From: Polyangiales bacterium
GTDB lineage: Bacteria; Myxococcota_A; Polyangia; Polyangiales; Ga0077539
Length of the DNA stretch: 64,000 nt
Direction of reading: 5' to 3'
NCBI GenBank assembly: GCA_044229975.1
Contig: JBGARZ010000005.1
Coordinates: 256,001 to 320,000 of the forward strand
The notes beneath the pieces are model-generated. The model had not been told where the DNA came from and searched no databases. It saw nothing but the letters and a program-made list of their open reading frames with translations. Positions 30,527 through 40,911 of the stretch are shown piece after piece. Position 1 is the stretch's first letter; every line of letters begins with the position of its first letter. The position numbers and the translations under genes are program-made.

Positions 30527-31474
30527 TCAGTACGGGCTCTCTGTCACGAATCCGGCGCCCTGCGCGCGAGGCGGCGCCGCGGGCCGCGCGGGGGCGGGCT
30601 CGGCGGCAGCGGCCGCCGGGCGACGCGGGGCACGGACGACAGGTTGCGGTCGGGCAGGCTCGTGTTCACGCGGGGTGCGGTGTCGATCGACGACGGGCTC
30701 GGGGGCCGCGACGACGGCGGGAGCGGGCGGAGGTTCCGGGGCCGCGACCACGGCGGGAGCGGGCGGAGGCTCCGGGGCCGCGACCGGAGCAGGCTCCGGC
30801 GCGGGTGCAGGCGCCGCCACGACCGGGGGCGCGACGGGCTCTGCGGGAGCGGGTGCGACCGCAGGAGCGGCGGGCGTCGGCTCGGTCGGAGGGGCAACGA
30901 GCGTCGGCTCGGCGACGGGCGCGGGGACGGCGGACACCGGCGGGGCGGTCTCCGGGGTCGGGGAGGAGCTGCGACCGAAGCCGAAGAAGAGGCCACCCGC
31001 GAGCAGCAGCGCGCCGCCGACCGCGGCCCAGACCAGGTTGCTCTTGCGGGGCTTCTCGACGAGGTCGTCGTTGGCCCGCATCGAGGGAGGCGGGCGCACG
31101 GACGGTGGACGACGGGCGGGGCGCTCGCTCGCCTTCACGATGGTCGGCGTCATCACCGACTCGGAGGCGATGACCCCGGGGGCCTTGGAGGGCGTGGTGA
31201 CGGTCGGCGCGGGCGGCGGGAGGTCGCCGGCCGGGACGTCGTCGTGGATCGATGCGAGCAGCGAGCTGACCTCGGCGCTGGGCGCCGCGAAGGCTCCGGG
31301 CGTGATGGAGGCAGGGGGCGGGGCCGCGAGGGTGGCGCTGGCGGCGTCGAGGCCGAGCTCCCAGCTCGGGGTGATGGCGAGCGCTGCGCTCTCGAACTCG
31401 TCGTCGCTGAGGGTGCCCTGCCGCCAGAGCGGCCGGTCGGAGGAGCGTTGCGTCGATTCGTCCAGCGCAGTCAT
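30527..31474 (-). CDS. single-pass Pro/Ala-rich membrane protein
   Basis: One TM (LVWAAVGGALLLAGGLFFGF), PA-rich stalk, GFVTESPY C-terminus. Confidence 0.7.
   Translation of the reverse strand: MTALDESTQRSSDRPLWRQGTLSDDEFESAALAITPSWELGLDAASATLAAPPPASITPGAFAAPSAEVSSLLASIHDDVPAGDLPPPAPTVTTPSKAPGVIASESVMTPTIVKASERPARRPPSVRPPPSMRANDDLVEKPRKSNLVWAAVGGALLLAGGLFFGFGRSSSPTPETAPPVSAVPAPVAEPTLVAPPTEPTPAAPAVAPAPAEPVAPPVVAAPAPAPEPAPVAAPEPPPAPAVVAAPEPPPAPAVVAAPEPVVDRHRTPREHEPARPQPVVRAPRRPAAAAAEPAPARPAAPPRAQGAGFVTESPY
30702..30785. repeat. 36-bp coding tandem repeat, about 2.3 copies (APEPPPAPAVVA)
   Basis: ggggccgcgac..cggcgggagcgggcggagg.tcc starting at 30702, 30738 and (partial) 30774. Confidence 0.8.
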
Positions 31475-31770
31475 CAATGGGGCCTCACCCGGGTTTTTGA
31501 GGTGCCCACGCTAGCGTCACGGCCACGGCGGCGCAACGGAACGTCAGGCAGCTTGATGCGAGTCATGCGTGACACCGGTCCCGCAGGCGGAGCGCTGATA
31601 GCACGCGAGTCCGACGTGCGCTCCGACGGGTCGGGGCGCGCCGGCCTTGGGACGCATCGGCGCGTCGTCTGGTTTTCATCAGCGAGCAGAACTATGGTCC
31701 GCGCGCTTTCGCGGGCCGCTGATCGGTTCGCGGGCTCTTTCCCTGCCCACCACAAAGTCTCTACGCCACC

Positions 31771-32904
31771 GTGAGCGACGTCACCTCCAGGATCTTCTCG
31801 CCCGCCGATCGCTGGGCCATGACGCGCGCGCTGTCCGAGGCCGTCCAGGGGGCGCCCTCCCCCAATCCTCCGGTGGGCGCCGTGGTCGTGCGGGACGGCA
31901 CCATCTATGGCCTGGGGCACCACCACCGCGCGGGCGAAGAGCACGCCGAGGCCATGGCCCTGCGCCATGCGGGAGACGACGCGCGCGGCGCCACGGTCTT
32001 CGTGACGCTCGAACCCTGCAACCACCACGGGCGCACGGCGCCGTGCACCGAAGCGCTGGTTCGCGCGGGCGTGGCGCGCGTGGTGTTCGCGGTGCCCGAC
32101 CCCAATCCGCATGTGCGCGGCCACGGTCGCGAGATGCTCCGCGCGGCGGGCGTCATCGTGGAGGAGGGCTTCCTCCCCGACTTCCAGCGCGAGGCCGAGC
32201 GCATCATCGCGCCGTGGATGCGCTTCATCACGACGGGCCGCGCGCACGTCACGCTGAAGGCCGCGATGTCGCTCGACGGAAGCATCGCATCCCGCGACGG
32301 CGAGAGCCGATGGATCACCTCCGAAGACGCTCGCGTCGACGGCCACAAGCTGCGGGCGCGGTGCGACGCGATCCTCGTGGGCAGCGGCACCGTGCGCGCC
32401 GACGACCCGCTGCTCACCGTGCGCGGCGTGGCGGTGGAGCGAGCCCCGGCGCGGGTGATCGTGTCGCGAGACGCGAGGGTTCCGCTGGAGTCGAAGCTGG
32501 TCGCGACCGCGGGCGAGGCGCCGACCTGGGTGCTTTGCGCGCGCGGTGGCGACGACGATCAGCGCGCGCGGGCGGGAGCTCTCGCCGAACGCGGTGCGAA
32601 CGTCATCGAGGTCGATGCTCGCGACGATGGCGGCGTCGACCTGCGCGCGGCGATGCACACGCTCGCGGGCCTCGGGGTGGTGTCGGTGCTCTGCGAGGGC
32701 GGCGGCGCGCTGCACGGGGCGCTGCGCGACGCGGGCGTGGTCGACCGCGTGGTGGCCTACGTCGCGCCGATGCTGCTCGGCGGCGGGGGATTGCGCGCCA
32801 TCGGCGGCGCCGGGGCCGGGATGCTCGCCGACGCGACGCGCCTGGGCGAATGGGACGTGAAGCGGGTCGGGCCCGACCTGCGCATCGAAGCCGAGGTGGT
32901 CTGA
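31771..32904 (+). CDS. ribD: riboflavin biosynthesis deaminase/reductase
   Basis: PNPPVGAV, HAE, TLEPCNHHGRTAPC, SLDG, WIT, EGGG. Confidence 0.95.
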   Translation: MSDVTSRIFSPADRWAMTRALSEAVQGAPSPNPPVGAVVVRDGTIYGLGHHHRAGEEHAEAMALRHAGDDARGATVFVTLEPCNHHGRTAPCTEALVRAGVARVVFAVPDPNPHVRGHGREMLRAAGVIVEEGFLPDFQREAERIIAPWMRFITTGRAHVTLKAAMSLDGSIASRDGESRWITSEDARVDGHKLRARCDAILVGSGTVRADDPLLTVRGVAVERAPARVIVSRDARVPLESKLVATAGEAPTWVLCARGGDDDQRARAGALAERGANVIEVDARDDGGVDLRAAMHTLAGLGVVSVLCEGGGALHGALRDAGVVDRVVAYVAPMLLGGGGLRAIGGAGAGMLADATRLGEWDVKRVGPDLRIEAEVV

Positions 32905-32908
32905 GTCC

Positions 32909-33568
32909 ATGTTCACGGGGATCATCCAGGCAGTGGGAACCCTGCGCGCGATCGAGCGCCGCGGGGCGGCGGCGTGGCTCGACGTGTCGTGTCCGTTCGC
33001 GAAGCTGGAGCTCGGCGAGAGCATCGCGGTGGACGGCGTGTGCCTCACGGTGACGCGCATCCTCGACGGCGCGTTTACCGCTGATGCCAGCGCCGAGACC
33101 CTCGCGCGCACCACCCTCGGGGCGCGCTCGCCGGGCGCGCGGGTGAACCTCGAACGGGCGCTCGCGCTCGGCGATCGCATGGGCGGTCACATCGTGTCGG
33201 GGCACGTCGACGGGGTGGGCGAGGTCGTGCGCCGCGAGCGGGTGGAGAGCGCCGAGCGGGTGGTGTTTCGTGGGCCGCGCGAGGTGCTGCGGTACATCGC
33301 CGAGAAGGGCAGCGTTGCGATCGACGGGGTAAGCCTGACGGTCAACGCGGTGGCGGGCGAGACGTTCGAGGTGATGCTGGTGCCGTTCACCCAGGGGGCG
33401 ACGACGTTGACCGAGAGGCGCGTGGGTGACCGCGTGAACCTTGAGGTAGACGTCATCGCCCGGTACGTGGCGCGGGCGTTGACCTGGGACCGCGAGACAC
33501 CACAACCCGGCGCGGCGGACGACGCCCGGTGGCGGGCCCTGCTCGAAGGCTTCGGAAAAGGACAGTGA
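32909..33568 (+). CDS. ribE: riboflavin synthase (alpha)
   Basis: [35 protein letters not shown]. Confidence 0.95.
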   Translation: MFTGIIQAVGTLRAIERRGAAAWLDVSCPFAKLELGESIAVDGVCLTVTRILDGAFTADASAETLARTTLGARSPGARVNLERALALGDRMGGHIVSGHVDGVGEVVRRERVESAERVVFRGPREVLRYIAEKGSVAIDGVSLTVNAVAGETFEVMLVPFTQGATTLTERRVGDRVNLEVDVIARYVARALTWDRETPQPGAADDARWRALLEGFGKGQ

Positions 33569-34728
33569 CGATGCTCGAAGGAACGGCAGAGACCCGCGTG
33601 CGCGCGGCGGTGGCGGCGATCCGCGAGGGGCGGATGGTGATTCTCACGGACGACGAAGACCGCGAGAACGAGGGCGACCTGGTGCTGGCGGCCGAGCGGG
33701 TGACGCCGGAGGCCATCAACTTCATGGCCAAGCACGCGCGCGGACTCATCTGCCTGACGCTGACCGAAGACCACATCGAGCGGCTGCGCCTGCCGATGAT
33801 GGTGGAGAAGAACAAGGCGTCGCTCGGCACGGCGTTTACCGTGAGCGTCGAGGCGCGCGAGGGCGTCACCACGGGCATCTCGGCGGCCGACCGCGCGCAC
33901 ACCGTGCGGGTCGCGGTGGCGCCCAACACGAAGCCCGAAGACCTCGTCTCGCCGGGGCACATCTTCCCGCTGCGGGCGCGGCCCGGCGGTGTGCTTCAGC
34001 GCACCGGGCAGACCGAGGGCAGCATCGACCTCGCGGTGCTCGCGGGGCTGCACCCGTCGGGGGTCATCTGCGAGATCATGAACGACGACGGCACCATGGC
34101 GCGCATGCCGGAGCTGGTGGAGTTCTCGCGCATCCACGACGTGCCGCTGGTGACCATCGAGGACCTCATCCAGTTTCGGTTGATGACCGACCGGCTGGTG
34201 CGGCGGGTGAGCTCGGCGAAGTTTACCCCGCGGGGTATGTCGAAGGTCTGGGAGGCCCACGTCTACGAGGCGTCGGTCGAGGCGGGGCGGCAGTTCCTGG
34301 CGTTGGTTCATGGCGAGCCGACGGCGGATGAGCCGACGCTGGTGCGGATGCACCCGGGGGCGGTGTTTGCCGACCTGTTCGCGCCGTCGACGACCTCGGA
34401 TGGAAAGCCCATCGTCGGGGGCGGGGAGTACCTCGCCGAGGCGATGCACCACATGGAGCGTGAGGGCGCCGGCGTGGTGGTGTACCTCCCCCCGCGGCAC
34501 CTCGACCTGCTCGAAGACCTGCGGCAACTCACTGGTGAAGCGCCCACGCGCACGCACGACATCGCGAGCAACGGGTCGCCCGCGCAGCGCGAGCACGGCA
34601 TGGGGGCGCAGGTGCTGCGCGACCTCGGGCTGCGGAAGATCCGGCTGATGACCAACAACCCGCGGCGCCTCGTGGGCCTGAGCGCCTACGACCTCGAAGT
34701 CGTCGAGCGGGTCGGGCTCGGCGCGTAG
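33565..34728 (+). CDS. ribB: DHBP synthase fused to a degenerate GTP cyclohydrolase II-like domain (RibBX-like)
   Basis: [29 protein letters not shown]; the C-domain has [13 protein letters not shown] and no Zn-binding Cys. Confidence 0.9.
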   Translation: MTMLEGTAETRVRAAVAAIREGRMVILTDDEDRENEGDLVLAAERVTPEAINFMAKHARGLICLTLTEDHIERLRLPMMVEKNKASLGTAFTVSVEAREGVTTGISAADRAHTVRVAVAPNTKPEDLVSPGHIFPLRARPGGVLQRTGQTEGSIDLAVLAGLHPSGVICEIMNDDGTMARMPELVEFSRIHDVPLVTIEDLIQFRLMTDRLVRRVSSAKFTPRGMSKVWEAHVYEASVEAGRQFLALVHGEPTADEPTLVRMHPGAVFADLFAPSTTSDGKPIVGGGEYLAEAMHHMEREGAGVVVYLPPRHLDLLEDLRQLTGEAPTRTHDIASNGSPAQREHGMGAQVLRDLGLRKIRLMTNNPRRLVGLSAYDLEVVERVGLGA

Positions 34729-34804
34729 GGCGACCGTCGGACGGGTTGACCCGATGCCCGTGTCGGTGGGATGTAGCGCTCCGTCAAAACCCTAGGGAAT
34801 ACCC

Positions 34805-35281
34805 ATGGAAGTAAAGATCATCGAGGCCGACCTCGTCGCCCGCGGGTTGCGCGTCGCGATCCTGGCCAGCCGCTTCAACCACTTCATCGTCGACCGCCTC
34901 GTCGAGGGCGCCACGGACTGCGTCCGTCGCCACGGGGGCGAGGACATCACGCTGGTGCGCGCGCCCGGCGCGTGGGAGCTGCCGCTCATCTGCCAGTCGC
35001 TGGTGCGCAGCGGGCGCTTCGACGCGGTCATCGCGGTGGGCGCGGTGATTCGCGGGAGCACGCCGCACTTCGACTACGTGGCGGGCGAGGTCACCAAGGG
35101 CCTCGCGCAGGTGTCGTTGGCGTCGGGGGTTCCGGTGACCTTCGGGGTGCTCACGGTGGACAGCATCGAGCAGGCCGTCGAGCGCGCCGGCACCAAGGCG
35201 GGCAACAAGGGGTGGGAGGCCGCGTCGAGCGCGATCGAGATGGCCAACCTCCAGCGGGTGCTCAAGAACGATGGCTTCTAG
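34805..35281 (+). CDS. ribH: 6,7-dimethyl-8-ribityllumazine synthase
   Basis: [34 protein letters not shown]. Confidence 0.96.
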   Translation: MEVKIIEADLVARGLRVAILASRFNHFIVDRLVEGATDCVRRHGGEDITLVRAPGAWELPLICQSLVRSGRFDAVIAVGAVIRGSTPHFDYVAGEVTKGLAQVSLASGVPVTFGVLTVDSIEQAVERAGTKAGNKGWEAASSAIEMANLQRVLKNDGF

Positions 35282-35750
35282 GGACTCCAAGGCGCCCAAG
35301 GCGCAGCAGCACGACGACAACGGGCTGCGGCGGCAGGCGCGCGAGGCGGCGGCGCAGGTGCTCTACGCGCTGGACGCGGCGGGCGATCGGTCCACGGAGT
35401 TCGTGGAAGAGGCGATGCGGAGCTACTGGGCGCACCTCGAAGGCCCGGCGCCGGGGCGACCGTACGGCGACGAGATCGTCCGTGGGGTGGTCGCGAAGTG
35501 GGAAGCGATCGATCCGATGATTCGGGCGGCCAACCCCAACTGGCGCATCGAGCGCATGGCGCGGGTCGACCGCAACGTGCTGCGGATGGCGACGTGGGAG
35601 ATGGTGTTCGGGGATGTTCCGCCGGAGGTGGCCATCAACGAGGCCATCGAGCTGGCGAAGCGCTTCGGCACGGAAGACTCGGCGGCCTTCGTCAACGGCA
35701 CGCTCGACAAGCTGGCGACGCTCCAGGGCAAGCTCGCGCCGCGCGGCTGA
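35271..35750 (+). CDS. nusB: transcription antitermination factor NusB
   Basis: [40 protein letters not shown]. Confidence 0.95.
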   Translation: MASRDSKAPKAQQHDDNGLRRQAREAAAQVLYALDAAGDRSTEFVEEAMRSYWAHLEGPAPGRPYGDEIVRGVVAKWEAIDPMIRAANPNWRIERMARVDRNVLRMATWEMVFGDVPPEVAINEAIELAKRFGTEDSAAFVNGTLDKLATLQGKLAPRG

Positions 35751-35765
35751 ACGCGTTGCTGGCTC

Positions 35766-36086
35766 TCAACGAGCCAGCGACGGGACATCCGACCGCGGAG
35801 GCGGCGGACCACCGTCCGACGGTCGGTACTGCGACGGCTCGTTGACGTGGCGCTCGACGCAACGGACGAACTCCGCTCGCCCCGCTTCCAACGTGCACTC
35901 CTGCTGACACGCGTCGCAGGCCTCGCCATCGCCACGAGCGCTCGCATCGGTCACCGAGGCATCGACGGCCGACGTCGGCAGGCCGGGCGGCGGTGGCTGC
36001 TCAGGGGTCTCTGGAGCGGGCCTCTGTCTGCCCGCGCAGCTCAACGCGCTGACTCCGAGCATCAACAACACGACGACAACTCTCAT
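35766..36086 (-). CDS. small Cys-containing lipoprotein
   Basis: Lipobox ALSC; CxxCxxxC...C. Confidence 0.65.
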   Translation of the reverse strand: MRVVVVLLMLGVSALSCAGRQRPAPETPEQPPPPGLPTSAVDASVTDASARGDGEACDACQQECTLEAGRAEFVRCVERHVNEPSQYRPSDGGPPPPRSDVPSLAR

Positions 36087-36274
36087 GGCGCGGGCGGATA
36101 CTGGTGCCCGATGGATCGATCCGCCATGGAGGTCGTCGGTGACTGACCGTGTCGGATGCGGGCGCGCCGTGCTGCTTCGGAAGGGCCTCGCGCGACGAAT
36201 CCCGTTGACAGCGATCGAGGCTGAGCCGCGTGTGCAGGGAGGCCGATCGAGACGGCCGAAGGAGGACGACGGTC

Positions 36275-38038
36275 ATGGTGGGTCGCTGGTTGCCGCGCTT
36301 GCTTCTGGGTCCGTTGTGGTGCGCCGTCTTCGCGCTCGCGTGCACCAGCACCGAGCCGGCCGCGACGCCTCCCCCGCCGGCGCCGGTGTGCCCGGAGCAC
36401 GACGCCTCGACCCCGCCCCCGGTGCCCAACCCCTTCACCGTCGTGCACGTCGATCCTGGCGCCTCTGCGCCGCTCCTGCTCGCGGTGCACGCATGCGCCG
36501 GCTTGCACAACCGCGCGGTAGGCGGGTCGGTGTACGTCGAGTCGGACACGCACGACACGGCGTGGCTGACCGAGCTCGCCATGGTTCCGCGCGCGACGGT
36601 CAACGCGGAGGAGTTCGTGCGCTCATGCGTCACGGCGTTTCCGACGTGCGTCCGGTACGACTACGCGAGCCAGCGGACGCTGCTGCCCAACATCCTCACG
36701 GTCGCCGCGGCGCTCGGCGCGGTGCCGGTGGACGGCAGCCTCAACCTGACCTGCGCCACCACGGCCTTCGACGCCGTCACGGCGCTCCAGAGCCGGAACA
36801 CGCCCGCGCTCGCCACGCGCTACGTCTTCGACGAGTTCGGCGCGCAGACCACCGGCCTCGCGATGCTCAACCCCGGCTACGACCAGCAGGCCGCCGACCA
36901 GGGCAACCCCTCCATCACGCGCGACATGCGGCCCTCCCTGGTCGACTTCGTGTTTTCGCAGAAGCTCTTCACGGTGTTCCTGGTCAACGGATGCACCAGC
37001 GGAAACCCCGAGCGGGAGCTGCTCTCCAGCATCGTCAACTCCGGTCGGTGGCCGACGCCGATCAGTGTGTACGGCTACAACAACTCGTGGCTCGTGCTCG
37101 GCGGCTACATCCACGAGGCGCAGACGCGCTGCCTCGACTCGCGCAACATGGGCGCCATCGCGAGCGAGACGAGCAACCTGTCGTTCTTCTCGACGCGCTC
37201 ACCGGCCATCACCGAGTCGCGGGTGGTCACGCAAATCCCCTTGGAGCAGGTGACCTACGACGCCACGCGCACCTACGTCGCGTTCGTCGTCGGCGACGGC
37301 GACAACCTCGATTACATCCGCACCACGCGCCGTGAGTGGTTTCGCCAGCGCGTCGCCGAGTGCCAGTCGGGGAGCGCACCGTGCCCGCCGCTCACGTGGA
37401 CGATCTCGCCGCACCTGACGCACCTCGCGCCCGACGTGCTGCGTTGGTACTACGACCAGAGCCACCGCACAGGTCACGACTACTTCACCATGCCGCCCAG
37501 CGGCCACCTCTACGCGTACCCATCCTCGCTCGCGGAGGACTCGCAGAACCGCTTCGCCGCCGCGACGGAGGTCGACGCGTGCGTGCTCGGTGTGGCGGGC
37601 ACCGTGCACTGGGACTGGGCGGGCACGTGGCACACCGCCGAGGACCACTTCCTGCCGAAGTACGCGCGGGCCGGTGGCCCCATCCGCGGCATCTTTCCGG
37701 TCAACGTCCCGTACCTGTTTCCGACCTTCACGTGGTGGCCACGGGACCAGTTCTTCGAGGTGCTCACCGGCGCGGGCGGAGGGCGGCTCGCGCTCTTCCG
37801 ACCGCGTGAGTGGCGCGGCATCAGCAACGACGCGGACGTCCATCTGCTGAGCCCGCGACGGATGGCCGACGAGATCGGCGCGTACCCCCGCGGGACGGTG
37901 ACGTGGGTGTACCTCACCAGCGACGGCGGGCTGACGTTGGAGAACTCCTTCCTCGCGCTCTCGCAGATGCTGCCGGCGCACGTTCAGCTCGTGAGCACCG
38001 ACACGGCCGCGCGGCTGGCGCTCGCTGCGCGTCGCTGA
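36275..38038 (+). CDS. GxGYxYP-family putative glycoside hydrolase lipoprotein
   Basis: AAGGAGG SD; lipobox ALAC; NLSFF, AFVVGDGDN, PLTWTISP, PSGHLYAYP. Confidence 0.75.
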   Translation: MVGRWLPRLLLGPLWCAVFALACTSTEPAATPPPPAPVCPEHDASTPPPVPNPFTVVHVDPGASAPLLLAVHACAGLHNRAVGGSVYVESDTHDTAWLTELAMVPRATVNAEEFVRSCVTAFPTCVRYDYASQRTLLPNILTVAAALGAVPVDGSLNLTCATTAFDAVTALQSRNTPALATRYVFDEFGAQTTGLAMLNPGYDQQAADQGNPSITRDMRPSLVDFVFSQKLFTVFLVNGCTSGNPERELLSSIVNSGRWPTPISVYGYNNSWLVLGGYIHEAQTRCLDSRNMGAIASETSNLSFFSTRSPAITESRVVTQIPLEQVTYDATRTYVAFVVGDGDNLDYIRTTRREWFRQRVAECQSGSAPCPPLTWTISPHLTHLAPDVLRWYYDQSHRTGHDYFTMPPSGHLYAYPSSLAEDSQNRFAAATEVDACVLGVAGTVHWDWAGTWHTAEDHFLPKYARAGGPIRGIFPVNVPYLFPTFTWWPRDQFFEVLTGAGGGRLALFRPREWRGISNDADVHLLSPRRMADEIGAYPRGTVTWVYLTSDGGLTLENSFLALSQMLPAHVQLVSTDTAARLALAARR

Positions 38039-38103
38039 GACTCTCGGCACGAGCGCACGCCCGGTCGCAAGGGACGGGCAATGTCTACGCGGCAGGCGCC
38101 GAG

Positions 38104-38433
38104 TCAGCGCACGGCGCCCGGGTTCTGCCGCTCGGCCAACCTGCGCTCGACCCAGGCGAGTTGCTCGTCGAGCGTGTCGTCGATCGAGAGCCCCGGCGCA
38201 GGCGCGGCGGCGCCCCGCTGACGCCGCAGGTAGAGGCGCCCCTGGCAGGCCGTGCAGCGCAGCACGCGGACCGACCCTCGCGACCGGGCGACGTCGCCGA
38301 TGCGGTGTAGCCACGGCGTTTCGTGGGAGCACTCCCGCAGCGAGGTGTGCTTCTGGGAGAGGGCGTGGAGCGCGTCTCCGTTGCCGGTCACGAAGGCCGC
38401 GCGCACGGCGGCGTCGATGGTGGCGTCGTCCAC
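38104..38433 (-). CDS. hypothetical protein, possible Zn ribbon
   Basis: CSH ... CTAC; start uncertain. Confidence 0.55.
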   Translation of the reverse strand: MDDATIDAAVRAAFVTGNGDALHALSQKHTSLRECSHETPWLHRIGDVARSRGSVRVLRCTACQGRLYLRRQRGAAAPAPGLSIDDTLDEQLAWVERRLAERQNPGAVR

Positions 38434-38534
38434 GTCGACGACGATGCCATACCCGCGCGCCCGTAGTCCGATCGGTCTCGTCGGCGACCAAGTCGGTGAC
38501 GAAGCAAGCCCGAGCGAGCGTCGCCGTGACGTGT

Positions 38535-39317
38535 CTACGGCCGCTCGACGCCCTTGCCCAGCGCGGCGGCGAGTGGCGCGTGATCCCGGGTGTTCGTGGT
38601 CACGACGACCCCGTCATGCGGGCAGAACATGGCAAAGACCGCGTCGCCGAGGGCGAGGCACTGCGACTCGGTCAATGCCGTGTCTCCCCGCTCCAACATC
38701 GACGTGATCACGTCGAGCCTCCGATCGCGCTCGCGCCCGGGAGGTTCGCGGGTCAGCGCCTCCCTCAGCCGCTCAAGGTCTTCACCCCGCCCGAGCATCG
38801 CCGCGGCGATCGCGCACGGCTGCCCGGCTTCACAGTGGAGACGCCCGAGCGCCAGCGTCGACCCTCCGCCGTCGACCGTCTCGACCTCGAGGTAACACGC
38901 GAGGGGCACGATGGTCTCCGTCGCCAGGCTCCGTCGGCGGCGCCACGCGCTCACCACCCGCGTCCACAGCGCGAGCCGCATGCGTTCGAAATGGCGCTCG
39001 TCGCTCTGGGCGACGAGGTCAGCCTCGCGGCCGGCCTCCGCCAGCGCCTCGATCGCCGTCGACGTGAGGTTCCTTTGCGGGGTCTGCGCCATCTTCGCGA
39101 GCCGGTCATGGGTGCCGGGCAGTGACCCCGTTTCGAGCAGGACGTCGTGGAGCCACGCGTAGTGATGCAGCGGGCCCCGCTTGAACTCCTTCAGCGCGTA
39201 GATCGGCAGCAGTCGCCGTTCGAACCGACCGAGGGCCGCGCGGGCGGCAGCGTGCCGAGAGTCCCGGCGCAGCAGCGCGTCCGCGAGGATGGTCGTGTCA
39301 AGAAGCGCCGTGCGCAT
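38535..39317 (-). CDS. PIN-like domain protein
   Basis: ALLDTTILAD, E (ALKEF), LGDAVFA, VTTNTRD match the PIN acidic pattern; larger than VapC. Confidence 0.7.
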   Translation of the reverse strand: MRTALLDTTILADALLRRDSRHAAARAALGRFERRLLPIYALKEFKRGPLHHYAWLHDVLLETGSLPGTHDRLAKMAQTPQRNLTSTAIEALAEAGREADLVAQSDERHFERMRLALWTRVVSAWRRRRSLATETIVPLACYLEVETVDGGGSTLALGRLHCEAGQPCAIAAAMLGRGEDLERLREALTREPPGRERDRRLDVITSMLERGDTALTESQCLALGDAVFAMFCPHDGVVVTTNTRDHAPLAAALGKGVERP

Positions 39318-39909
39318 CGGAATCCAGCCACGGCGCATCCGCCAGACGATCGAGGGCGAGGGGCTGCGTGCCCCACCCGGCCCGATCAAGTTCCTCGACG
39401 AGGTCGAGGGCGTCATCCGTCGTGAGCTGCACGTCGCCGACGATGCGCGTCGCCACCGCGGCGAGCGTGGCGACGGCCGCGGGGTCCGGCGCCTCGGTCG
39501 CACGCCGTTCGAGTGCGAACATCAGGGCGTTCGCGACGATCGCGGTGGGAGAGCCGCGCTGCGCCCGATCGAAGAGTTCGCCGAGCGCGACGTGCAGCTC
39601 GGTACGCGCCGTCAGCAGCGCGACTGGATCACCCTCGCCCGCCGCCGACGCGAACCCGTCGAGGGATGCACGGAAAGCCTGCCGGAGCGCAGCGCCCAGC
39701 CCCTTTTCGACCTCAAACGCCAGGGTCGGCGTGATGGCTTCGAGAAGGGCGGCACAGGCGCGCGGGTCGGCGACGATCCCCTGTCCGTCGAGCCACAGCA
39801 GCGCGCGGCTGACGATGACCTCCGGCGTTGGCACCGTCGTGATGGACAGCGAGACCACGAGCGCCCTCGCCCACCCACGCAACTGGGTGGGGTCTTCGAA
39901 CACGCTCAT
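39298..39909 (-). CDS. hypothetical helical protein
   Basis: Overlaps both neighbours (ATGA upstream, 20 nt downstream). Confidence 0.65.
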   Translation of the reverse strand: MSVFEDPTQLRGWARALVVSLSITTVPTPEVIVSRALLWLDGQGIVADPRACAALLEAITPTLAFEVEKGLGAALRQAFRASLDGFASAAGEGDPVALLTARTELHVALGELFDRAQRGSPTAIVANALMFALERRATEAPDPAAVATLAAVATRIVGDVQLTTDDALDLVEELDRAGWGTQPLALDRLADAPWLDSDAHGAS

Positions 39910-40232
39910 CGCTCGACGTGCGCGTAGAAGTCACCGCGCTTCGACTGGAACAACTTGACCCTGCCCCCAGCCACCAAATCATGGAGGGCGCCACGCACAG
40001 GCTGGAGCAGCCGCTCTCGCGAAGAAGACGCGAGCGCGAGCGCGACGCCCGCGACCAGCACTGCGGTCGGGTCCAGCGGCACCTTGCCCTTCGCCAACTC
40101 GACGCCCGCGTACACCTCGATCTCGCCAAATGCCTGCTCCGGCTGACGAGCCAGGAACTCATCGACCCGCTCCGTCAGTGGACGCTGGTCCTCATCGATT
40201 TCGCGCTGGAGGTCAGAAACTGCGATCGCCAT
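39906..40232 (-). CDS. small protein, probable winged-helix
   Basis: ERVDEFLARQPEQAF..IEV ... ALHDLVAGGRV......FY pattern. Confidence 0.65.
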   Translation of the reverse strand: MAIAVSDLQREIDEDQRPLTERVDEFLARQPEQAFGEIEVYAGVELAKGKVPLDPTAVLVAGVALALASSSRERLLQPVRGALHDLVAGGRVKLFQSKRGDFYAHVER

Positions 40233-40241
40233 GACGTCACG

Positions 40242-40250
40242 ACCATACCA
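40242..40250 (-). promoter_or_regulatory. extended -10-like element TGG-TATGGT, 9 nt before ATG 40232
   Basis: Read directly from sequence; no SD. Confidence 0.45.
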
Positions 40251-40369
40251 CGCGCTGTTTCAGGGCGACCCGTTCCTCCGTCGTTGACGGGGTGTCAGAG
40301 ACTCGCGACCCTCCCGTGGTGCCCCTTCCTCCGTCCGCCCAACACGCCACGCAGGTGAGCTGAACCCCC

Positions 40370-40906
40370 ATGGAGGTGCGCTTCGTCCCGCTCGACCTCG
40401 CACGCCTCGATGGTCTTCGCATGGAGGTGCTGGCGTTGCCGTTCTTCGAGGACGAGCGCCCGCTCAAGGGGGTGGCGGGTCTGTGCGACTGGCGGCTCTG
40501 CGGCGCGCTCTCGAAGCTGCTCATCGGAGGTCGCGTCGTGGGCAGCACCGATGAAGTGACGCTGGTCCCGGGTCGGCCGCGGCTGCCCTTCGAGAAGCTC
40601 ATCCTGTACGGCGAAGGGCGCGCGGAGGACTTCGACGCGGCGGCCGCCGAGCGCGTCACGGCGCGGGTGCTCTCGACGCTCTCGGGGCTGCGCCTGCGGT
40701 CGCTCGCGCTGTCGCTGCCGGGGCGCGGGAGCGGGCGCGTCGCGGGGGCCGAGGCGATGCGGTGGTTTCTCCAGGCGATCGAGCAGAGCGACGAGCTCGA
40801 CGAGGTGGTGATCGTGGACGACGCGGAGGCGCAGCGGGCGATGGTGCCCGTGCTCGAAGCCGCGCGGCGTCGGGTGCGGGTGGTTCGCGCCGCGGAAGGA
40901 ACGTAA
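40370..40906 (+). CDS. stand-alone M17 aminopeptidase N-terminal-domain protein
   Basis: FFEDERPLKGVAGLCDWRLCGALSKL, KLILYG; no catalytic domain. Confidence 0.75.
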   Translation: MEVRFVPLDLARLDGLRMEVLALPFFEDERPLKGVAGLCDWRLCGALSKLLIGGRVVGSTDEVTLVPGRPRLPFEKLILYGEGRAEDFDAAAAERVTARVLSTLSGLRLRSLALSLPGRGSGRVAGAEAMRWFLQAIEQSDELDEVVIVDDAEAQRAMVPVLEAARRRVRVVRAAEGT

Positions 40907-40911
40907 CGGCG

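Noticed and set aside
31478..31770. FMN riboswitch upstream of ribD
   Set aside because: RFN consensus blocks were not found; only a modest hairpin (ATCAGCG...CGCTGAT) that could arise by chance in GC-rich DNA.
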